DNA from: Schmidtea polychroa
Lineage: Eukaryota
Direction: 5' to 3'
DNA: 64,000 nucleotides
Assembly (NCBI GenBank): GCA_044892525.1
Contig: CM097887.1
Location: 88,390,397-88,454,396 of the forward strand
In this document: positions 26,672-35,711 of the stretch, piece by piece
Position numbering within the stretch: position 1 is the first letter of the stretch
Layout of the letters: each line of letters opens with the position of its first letter
Notes under the pieces: model-generated
Told to the model about the DNA's origin: nothing
Databases searched by the model: none
What the model saw: only the letters and a program-made list of their open reading frames with translations
Program-made: the position numbers and the translations under genes

Positions 26672-29600
26672 TTAAGTGAATTTCAGCATCAGATGTGTCA
26701 AATTTTCATTGGAATAGACTCTGGCAAGTCTTGGAGGTTTGGAAATGTCTTCACCAATTTGGCGCACCCAAATCTTATCACTATGTTTCACATTTTTCGC
26801 GGTTCGCTGCTTGTCGGGTTTCGAAACTATTGAGCGAAGATTTAGTAGATTTGTTGTTGCTGGATGTGTATTCTCTGTAGCTAACTTTTCATCGCGTTGG
26901 TAGTTTGTGATCAAGGTACGCGCGATTTCGTTTGAGTCTGTGGCAGGTTCTACTGAAGGGTTTCCGTTCGACGTAGTTGGAATGGGTTCGACTGAGACTT
27001 TCTCTAAATCAGAGTGAAGTTTGTCTTCGTCCACGTCATCAGAAATCATGAAATTTATATTTTGGGTAACACCGTTAATAACGATGTGAGCATTGTTATC
27101 CTTAATGTCGATCAATTTGTAAGGCCCCGAATATCTCGGTTTGAGACCTGAATCCGTAATATTACGAAGATAAACGTGAGTTGCGTCCTTGAAGAACTTT
27201 GGGACGTACGGTGTGTATGAGGAAGCATACGAAAACTGTGGGTTGCTATCGATCGAAAGAAAATGATCTCTAGCCATATCTAATTCCTCAAAGGTAGGAG
27301 CGTTATCGAAATCAACTAATTCGTTAGGTAACGATGTTGAAGAACCGAAAAGTAACTGTGCCGGTGTAGTTCCGGTAGTCCTGGAGGGCGTGTTACGCCA
27401 ACCAAGAAGGACAAAAGGTAAAGCTTTAGTCCAATTAAGTCTCGATGAAAGTATTCCAAGAGAAGTCTTCAAAGTACGGTGAAATCTTTCGATCATGCCG
27501 TTTGTCTGAGGATGGTAAGCAGTTGAACGGAGGTGTTGTATACCGAGCTTTTCAGTTAGTTGTTGAAATAACTGGGATTCAAACTGAGATCCCCTTTCTG
27601 TGATTATTGATTTCGGAACACCGTATCTAGAAATCCAATGTTGCAAAATTGAATTTGCTACAATTTCAGCAGAAATGTTTTTTAGAGGAATAACTTCAAA
27701 CCAACGCGTTTTCCGGTCAATCATGGTTAATAAGTAAGAAAAACCGCGATCAGAAGGCAAGGTCGATGTGAAGAATTTCGAACCTATTTCCGGTCGGATA
27801 GTGAATCATCTGTGGATTAGTGTGTCTAGTGATCTTGTGTTGTTGACAACCGATGCACTGACTCACCCACAATTTCATATCGTGCCTCATTGCTGGCCAA
27901 ACCACATGTGAATGCAATAGGTTGAAGGTAGCCGACGAACCTGGATGATGTAAGTCGTGAATGGAGTGGAAAGCTAATTTCCGTAAGGAATCGTGCAAAA
28001 TCGGTCTTAAAACACCTGATAAAGACGAGTCAAAGTGTACTCCGTCCACGATTTCAAGCTTATCGCCAAAAGCAGCTAGATCTTTTGCCGAAGGTGGATT
28101 GTCGCGGAGGCACTGTACTGGAAATATCGGATCGTGCAATATAACGTTGGTGCTGCGGGAAAGACAGTCTGCAATAACGTTTTCTTTGCCGGCAATGTGG
28201 CGTATTTCGCAAGAAAATTCTGAAATATAACTGATTTGCCTCTGTTGTCGTGGAGATGGGTCTTTCATTCCAAAAAGATAAGTTAGCGGTTTGTGGTCAG
28301 TGTAGATGACAAAAGGACGACCTTCAAGCAAGTGCTTGAAATGTTTGATTGAAAGATATATGCCTAAGAGTTCTCGGTCGAAAGCCGAATATTTCCGTTG
28401 TGCGGAAGAAAGTTTCTTTGAGAAAAACTCTAAGGGTTCAGAAATGTCATTATGTAATTGGTGTAATACTGCACCAATAGCAACGTTTGATGCATCAGTG
28501 GTCAGACTCCAAGGTAAATCAGCATTGGGAAAATGGAGTGTTTGAATTTTCGAAAGTGCCGACTTAGCGTTTTCAAATGCACTGAGTGTGGTATCGCTCC
28601 ATGACACTAAAGACTTTTTTGGTTTTGAAACAAGACCTGAAAGAGGTGACAAAATGTCAGAAACCCCTGGAATAAAACGATGACAATAGTTTATCGTTCC
28701 CAAAAAACTTCTCAGTTGTGAAACTGTTTTTGGAAGTGGGAATTTGGCTATGGTATCTAGTCTATCCGGAGGAGGTCGGATTCCATCTCCGGAAATTAAA
28801 TGTCCCAGAAAACGAGTCTCGTGTTGGAAGAAGGTACACTTATCAACGTTTACCTTAAGGTTGTATTGCCGAAGTGCTGTTAAAGTTCTTGTCAGATGGG
28901 TTATATGCGTCTCTAAATCAGGTGATCCGATTAAAATGTCGTCTATGTAAGGAACTGCGAAAGGCAGGTCCATTAAGACTTGATCAATATACCTTTGAAA
29001 GGTCTGTGCAGAATTACGAAGGCCAAATGGCATATGCACGTACTCGAAAAGTCCGATCGGAGTTATTACGGCTGTTTTTTCTATGTCAGACTCTCGCACG
29101 GGTATCTGATGGTACGCCTTCACGAGGTCGATTGTGGAGAAAATCTTGCCTTTGAAAGACGGTGAAGGATATCACTAACAAGCGGCATGCTATAGGAATC
29201 ATGTACCGTAATAGCATTAAGGTTTCGATAGTCGCCACACGGACAGAAAGTGCCATCTTTTTTTGGGACCAGGTGCAATGGCGATGACCATGGAGATTTA
29301 GATCTCCGAATGGTACCCTCATGTAAGAGGTTAGTGAACTCGGAACGTACAAATTCGAGTTTTTCATTCGACAGTGGTCTAATTTTGCATCTAATTGGTA
29401 AAGATGAAGTTGTGTCGATCGTGTGGCAGTAAAGCGGCTTCGAAACGTCACTTATTGGCGTGTTAAAACACCTATTAATAATATCTAAGGCTATTTTTGG
29501 GTGTTCGATTGTTATAACCGTTTTCGACGGAGTAGTATATATATCGTCCGTTCCTATCCGTTGTGGATCTTCAAAGATGTTTGAGGGAATAGTGCTGCAG

Positions 29601-30004
29601 TTTAATTGGTTATTTATCCTTAAAGTGCGTCCACGGCAATCTACGAGTAGTTCGTTAGCGCTTAAAAAATCAGATCCTAATATGGGGATAATAACCTCTG
29701 CTATATAAAATTTCCACTCAAATAATTGGTCGGACAGAAATGGCAACGAGAAAGCAATTGTCTTTGAATCTAAAGTCTCAACAACACTACCGTTTGCGGC
29801 CTTCAAAGAAATATCGACAGTGTTGAGGTCTGGAAGGTACTCTTTAGGTAAGATCGACAAGCTGGAACCAGTGTCGACAAGGAATTTTAGTCTGTTGGAA
29901 GGAGACGACAATATATTAAAAGCGTTTGACTCTGCTTCTATTAAAAATAAATCTGATTTTGATGAAATTTTGCCTCCCACCTCTGCCGCTAGAAGTGGTG
30001 GCAT
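26672..30004 (-). pseudogene. pol: Pol (protease, RT, RNase H, integrase) broken by two frameshifts (~29130, ~27755)
   Basis: FLVDTGSS; KAYHQIP; YIDD; TTDASNVAIGA; FDRELL; YTDHKPL; IN core TMIDRKTRW...ERGSQF...MIERFHRTLK; GPY motif PRYSGPY. Confidence 0.93.
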
Positions 30005-30066
30005 TATAAGTTTTTTTGATTGTTTGCTTTAGGTTTTGTGTAATTGGAGCAGCCTTCGAAGCATTT

Positions 30067-32244
30067 TTAGGCTTTATCTCCAAACCTGTCGTGGTATATA
30101 CACTTGTCAAGTATCTGACAGGATGGTGCTTTGTCTCGCCAATTGCAACCTAGATGGCAGAACCGTGCCTTGTTACGAAACTTAAAATGGAAACGGCACA
30201 GGTTCCTGGTTGCAGGTGAACGTTGACGAGTATTTTGCACAAAGTGTGATTTTTGGGCATATTGCCTGTCGTCATTTGTCCGCCTGGTGGACATGCTATT
30301 CTCAAGCTCGCTGATGCGTTTATTGAGGCCTGTAATAGCGCAAAGTAAGGCTTCTTCGGTCGAAGGTTTTAAAGAAGAAGAAGAAGGTAAAATTTCGGGG
30401 TTAGTGCTGCTACTTAACTGCACAGAGCAAGTTGGTTGCGGACCAAGTGGCACGACTTCGTTAATCTTGTCGGCCATCTTTGCTAGCTCTACCACGTCTG
30501 CTGTTGACGAAAGCGCTAAAATTTGTTGTGCGTGTGGCGGTAAAGCAGACAGAAAAAATTGCCTCAAGAGTTTTTGATCCGCCGCAGCCTCCGGATGTAT
30601 TTGCGTTAGTTCCGCCATGGCGTGTTGCAAGAACTGTGATGGTTTCCTGCTGCCCAAAGTTTGCGTCTTAAAGTATTTAGTGAAGACGGCAGCTGTAGGT
30701 TCCTTAAAAATATCGAGGATTGCCGTACGCAATTCTTCATATGGGTTTTTAACGCTAGTAGGCGAAGTGCGAAGGATCACGGACGAAAGTTTACTTAATA
30801 TCGTCGGCGGAATCAACGGCAAGATGCGACAGTATTTGTCTCGTGAACTGGTTACCTCGATTCCCTCGAGTGCTAGTTCGGTAGCTATCAGCCAAGTAAG
30901 TGGAGAGTTATTCTCATCCAAAAAATATTGACATAAGTACGTTGATCGCTGGTTGTTGGACCTACGTTTATGTTTTGCCTGTTTGGGGTTGCTGCCTGAG
31001 TCATTCTCCGAATCGGAGGAACCGCCAGAAAGTTGCAACAAACAATGAATGACGCTGTATGGTGTCACTCCATAGTCGCCCAAGGAACGACTGTCGGAAA
31101 GGATGTTGCCGTTATACGACAAGAGAAAACGGCATTTGTGATTAGTCAATATGCTGTAATTTTTAGAAAGACCTTTAATTGTAGTCTCTGTGTCAACTGA
31201 AACGGTTTGTGTCTTATTTGTTCCAGGGTTTTCTATTAATATTTGGAACTTTTTGGGCCCCGGTGCGGCGCTACCCTCTCGTGTGGGCTGATGCTTATTT
31301 AAATAATTTATTATAATTTTATATATGATATCAATAATAATATAAATCAATAATAATATAGTATAATTTAATAATAATATAATAATATAATTTAGAGGTA
31401 ATCGATCTAAGGTACCTGGCGGTGCTGACACGGGCATTGCTTGATTGAGTCTCGATTCGCTGGGAGACGGTTTATTATCGTGAATAAATGGCTGTCCCGG
31501 TGCACGAGAGTTTAATGTGAAAAAATCATTATTCTGTTGCATTAAGAATTCATTTGGATTTGGTCGAAGCATGATGCGTTGTGGGGCTGTGTATAAGACA
31601 TCACTCGTTAGCAATTTGTTATTTGGTATATAATTGTTGATCGGAGTCATTTTTTTACGATTTTCAACGGCAATCATCTCAGCCAATGCTTGCCGGGAAA
31701 CATTAATCGAATCAAAATCTATATCGGCTGTATCTTTATATTTCTGATCGTAATGTGAATTCGGTTTCTCCGAGCCAAATATGCGATTTATATCCATTTC
31801 GTTTCGATCCTGATACTGACCGTAGTTAAGCACACCGTTGTTGTTTGCCTGTTGATTGATGTTGTGATCGTATGACTGATTATTATTGTTGTTATTCTTG
31901 ATTGCGGCGTGGTTTTGAGAATTTAACTGGCAGAAACTTTCCAGCAGAGAATTCGACGAACCAACTGAATTCAAACTGTTCATAAATGATTTCTGATCTG
32001 AAAGCCGTGACAGGGGAGATGTGGAATTCAGTGTACTGTGGAATTCAGTAATATCATTACCAGCTGAGCTATTGAAAGCACTGAATAGGGGAAATTCGGA
32101 TTTAGTATCCGATGATTCAGATTGTAATTGAATACTTTTACTGATAAATTTGAAAGACGATTTATTTATCGGGTCAGCAATTTGAAATTGAACATTTGGA
32201 ATATGATTATTATCTGATATTTGCAGGGGTCGAAATGGAATCAC
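30067..32244 (-). CDS. gag: Extended Gag ORF: Ser/Asn-rich region - hydrophobic helix (31389-31300) - ubiquitin-like domain (31248-31021) - Gag with CHCC knuckle
   Basis: 725-codon open frame (GTG start as called by the ORF track); Gag motifs LGSRKPSQFL, FLSALP, LAKMADKI, CRFHFKFRNKARFCHLGC; UBL tail LSDSRSLGDYGVTPYSVIHCLLQLSGG. Confidence 0.85.
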   Translation of the reverse strand: MIPFRPLQISDNNHIPNVQFQIADPINKSSFKFISKSIQLQSESSDTKSEFPLFSAFNSSAGNDITEFHSTLNSTSPLSRLSDQKSFMNSLNSVGSSNSLLESFCQLNSQNHAAIKNNNNNNQSYDHNINQQANNNGVLNYGQYQDRNEMDINRIFGSEKPNSHYDQKYKDTADIDFDSINVSRQALAEMIAVENRKKMTPINNYIPNNKLLTSDVLYTAPQRIMLRPNPNEFLMQQNNDFFTLNSRAPGQPFIHDNKPSPSESRLNQAMPVSAPPGTLDRLPLNYIIILLLNYTILLLIYIIIDIIYKIIINYLNKHQPTREGSAAPGPKKFQILIENPGTNKTQTVSVDTETTIKGLSKNYSILTNHKCRFLLSYNGNILSDSRSLGDYGVTPYSVIHCLLQLSGGSSDSENDSGSNPKQAKHKRRSNNQRSTYLCQYFLDENNSPLTWLIATELALEGIEVTSSRDKYCRILPLIPPTILSKLSSVILRTSPTSVKNPYEELRTAILDIFKEPTAAVFTKYFKTQTLGSRKPSQFLQHAMAELTQIHPEAAADQKLLRQFFLSALPPHAQQILALSSTADVVELAKMADKINEVVPLGPQPTCSVQLSSSTNPEILPSSSSLKPSTEEALLCAITGLNKRISELENSMSTRRTNDDRQYAQKSHFVQNTRQRSPATRNLCRFHFKFRNKARFCHLGCNWRDKAPSCQILDKCIYHDRFGDKA

Positions 32245-32980
32245 ATAGAACGACTACGGGATCCAAAAAATCACGATCTGGAATTGTCTGAATTAATTTG
32301 ATATACTCTTCTCGATTCGATGACAAACAGGAATGAGCAATTATCAAATGATCTATCAGCCTATCAATATCATGGGATATAGGATTAAATTTTGATGAAA
32401 GTTTTAATTCAGGAAATATTTTGGAAAGCGTATGGAACATATTTTGACGTAATTCCGCTGTTCGTTTATGAGAAACTAACATAGATTGTATTTCCTGTAA
32501 TCTGGATTTAGCAATGATATTAGCCGCTAAATAAGTTTCTAAATGTTCAAATCTTGAACATTGTTCTGGCACTTCTGACACCAATGTTGTGGTTGGCGTA
32601 GTCCTTTCTGGTGATTTGGCAATAGAATCATTTCTTTGACCATTATTCGAGAAAACGCTAAATAATTCTTCAGTTTTCTTTTTTTCTGGCTGACATAATG
32701 ATGGATTTTCGCAATGAATTATTTTACAATGGGTAGTATTGAACAAAACCGCGTCACATTGTTTGTAGTCACAACAATATTTAATACATTCGTCCCACTC
32801 ATCTAGCATGATTATCTTTTGTATGATATTAGTTTTATTAACAAGACCAAATGGAAAGTGATTCAATAACACGATTTGTGAATACCTATCATCAGATGAA
32901 TTAATATCCTTACATACTTCCTCCTTGTTCGAGGTTATGAAATTTAACAATATCAGTAATGTAAATAATTTTAAAATCAT
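32210..32980 (-). CDS. Secreted MANEC/MANSC-domain protein starting within the LTR
   Basis: Signal peptide MILKLFTLLILLNFITS; Cys pattern C...C-x3-CC-x4-C-x9-C-x4-C-x5-C; Thr-rich RTTPTTT; frame continues through the LTR end and PBS. Confidence 0.8.
   Translation of the reverse strand: MILKLFTLLILLNFITSNKEEVCKDINSSDDRYSQIVLLNHFPFGLVNKTNIIQKIIMLDEWDECIKYCCDYKQCDAVLFNTTHCKIIHCENPSLCQPEKKKTEELFSVFSNNGQRNDSIAKSPERTTPTTTLVSEVPEQCSRFEHLETYLAANIIAKSRLQEIQSMLVSHKRTAELRQNMFHTLSKIFPELKLSSKFNPISHDIDRLIDHLIIAHSCLSSNREEYIKLIQTIPDRDFLDPVVVLCDSISTPANIR
32570..32583 (-). promoter_or_regulatory. Primer-binding site, tRNA-Leu type
   Basis: TGGTGTCAGAAGTG one base after the LTR-terminal CA; complementary to the ...CACTTCTGACACCA 3' end typical of tRNA-Leu. 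Confidence 0.8.
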
Positions 32981-33723
32981 TTGAGAAGAAAAGTAATGAA
33001 ATTCAATTTAAAGTCAGACAATTTATATAATAAATTCGATTTACACAATTTTTATTTAAATTACAATTTTCACTTATTTAAGTAAAACAAAAATATATTA
33101 TAGAAACTATATAAAAAATGTAAATATAATCAGACCAGATAAACATATTCAACAGCCATTTCTCATTTACAAAATGTTAACTAAATATAATAATTTCATA
33201 TAGTCCGATTATTTCTAAAGATTTTACAGCCTGCCGATTTGTCCATGAACCATTTTGACCATTGTCATTCGCATACAATATTTGAGGAAATGTATATCCT
33301 TTGCCGTTCTGATCCTTTTTTGCATTATCATATTGATCAGAATTTGTAAAGACGTGTGGTGGTTTGATAAAAAGATCTTTTCGGGTTCATATTATTGTTA
33401 GGATTTGTTCCGTATTTCGCGAATTGTAATGGATGAGGGTGTTGGTCTATGAGAGCCAACACTAAAACTATTGGGAGCCAAATACAGTTTATCTTGATAA
33501 TGATAACATGGCATCGAATTTGCTTTACTCGTCTGAGATTGATTAATAGAGCCTGATTGATAAGTAGAAGTATTAGCTGATCGCACGACTTTTGATTGAC
33601 TATACTTGTGTTCTGTTTGGTCCTTATTCGTTGGTGACCGCGCATTTATATATAATATAATATAATATAATATAGTATAATAGGTATATAGATATTGTTA
33701 AGGCCGTGTAACGGCTCACTACA
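32585..33723 (-). repeat. 5' LTR (1139 bp)
   Basis: TG...CA termini, followed by PBS, outer CAGGT TSD; AATAAA on minus strand at 33056-33051. Confidence 0.92.
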
Positions 33724-34505
33724 CAGGTCATAGGCTATGTTTCACCCCCAGGTTACCCCTCCCCCCCCTAGGGTACCCTTAGTCGGTTTTTTTGTCTGTC
33801 CGGTCAGCAATTTACCATATAAATAATAATTTATTATATGCTTGCTACTTGCAGTTGAAATAAATATAATTTAGTCAAAAGTTTTCAAAGCAGAATTCAA
33901 ACATGGAGAATTTGAATATTATTTGATTAGTGAACCAGTTTGCAATTGGAAAAATATTGCCAGTTATTTTTCGATTTAAATTGGAGTGCGTTTTCGATTT
34001 TACAAATTGAAATTTATTTTGAAAGCTTTTCTTATTGTGAATTAAACATGGAATTGAAGCTGTTATAAAATTAATACTGAAACGTAATAACATCATTAAA
34101 CAAAAAATTAATTTAAAAGAATTATTATAATAAATGTAAACTCAGGCGAAGCCGGGTACAACAGCTAGTATATTATAAATAAATAAATCGATCCCTAAAT
34201 TGTTTAGTAAAGGTTAAATATGAAGGAAATTTGTTAATTTCAAAAGATTCTAAATCTCAAACGGTTTGACTGGCTACTTTTATATAAACAATTTATAATA
34301 AACAAAACGTTAACACTTTGCATCATTTAGAAAATATAATTTTTATGTTCAAATTCTGTTTACTAAATATTTATATTGTGACATCCTGTCTTCGATCAAA
34401 CTTCAGCTTATTGCATAGGTTATATAAATGGTATTTTTCTCATAAATTTAAGTACAAAGTGGTGACCATCGTCCGATCTAGCAACCGACCTTCAAAACAA
34501 ATCGA

Positions 34506-35650
34506 ATGAGAAGCGTCCTTTATATATTTTACTTGAATTTAGTATTCTTTCAAATTTACTGTCAAACCCAAGACGTCTTTTTGGACTCTGAAAGAAATAT
34601 TCAAAATTTTTTCATTCAAATTAGCGAAAAGATTTCGAAGTATGACAGTAACTTGATTGAAAATATAAAAGTAATACATTTTGTCAATATAAAACTCTTT
34701 TATAAGTAAATATGTTTAGATTTCAATGGAACAGGCATCAAAATCTCTGTATAAGGCAACGAGTAATCTAGACAAATCTCAATCAGGAATAAAGTTTGGG
34801 AAAATTTTTATAAGTGTTCCAAATCAATGGAAAACTGAAATAAAAGTTTCTCAACAAAATGTTACTGATAAAGCACATTTCAAAATTGTTCCGAGAAAAA
34901 ATAACAATAATTCAGACAAATCTTGGACAAAACAATATCCAAAATGTGGAAAACCTGGAAAATACTCTAAATTTTCCGCAGAGTTTTTTAATGAAAAGGA
35001 TTTATTGAAAAAAGGTAAATAAGCATGATAAAATTATAAATTTCTTTGGAATGATTTTTATTAAAAATATAAACCAGATACTCGTATTAATCTAAAAATG
35101 TAGATGTTATCCATACAAGTATTTTATTAAAAGTTCATTATATTTATTGGGAACATGTGATGTGTGAAACGTTGTTGATAAGATCGTAGGATCCTAAAAT
35201 CATGTTTAATTTCATAAATAATTAATTATTTAAATTTAAGACATTAAAATTATTTTTAAATTACAATAAAAATTATTTTGCAATTGGTTTAATAAATATA
35301 TAATATCTACAGTTTTTTCCATCCTACCTGATTATGACAGTAAAACTGTAGAAATACACTCATACCTCGCTATACGGCTGCTCTTTATACGGCTTTTCGC
35401 TATAACGGCCTACTTTAATTACGGCACTTTTTCGATTTACGGCCTAAAATGTTTCGTTATACGGCCAAAAATCCTATTGAATTTATATGGAATTGTATCA
35501 AAATGTATTTGATTCGTTATGCGGCGTTTCGCTTTGCGGCCAACTTTCCTGGAACGTATCTAGGCCGTAAAGCGAGGTATGAGTGTATATCTAAAAGATG
35601 TGGATTTGAGTGGCGCTTTCTAATAATTAAATCATTACCTTGTTTATTTC

Positions 35651-35711
<61 letters not shown>

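Larger units (their letters stand above)
25215..33723 (-). mobile_element. CsRn1-like Ty3/gypsy LTR retrotransposon carrying extra ORF content (MANEC, TM, UBL)
   Basis: LTRs TGTAG...CAACA (33723-32585 and 26306-25215); 5-bp TSD CAGGT (25210-4 / 33724-8); PBS after the 5' LTR; CHCC-type Gag; PR-RT-RH-IN order. Confidence 0.92.
25100..34168 (+). mobile_element. Non-autonomous Helitron-like element split by the gypsy insertion (left part ~25100-25214, right part 33724-34168)
   Basis: 3' GGC-GAA-GCC hairpin followed by CTAG|T (34145-34169); TGTTTG/TGTCTGTCC tracts; the two halves read continuously across the CAGGT TSD. 5' boundary uncertain. Confidence 0.6.

Noticed and set aside
35066-35200. 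Candidate CLCA exon 3 just after exon 2
   Set aside because: Stops or no similarity in the required phase; the exon at 38151-38259 fits both phases and the motif.
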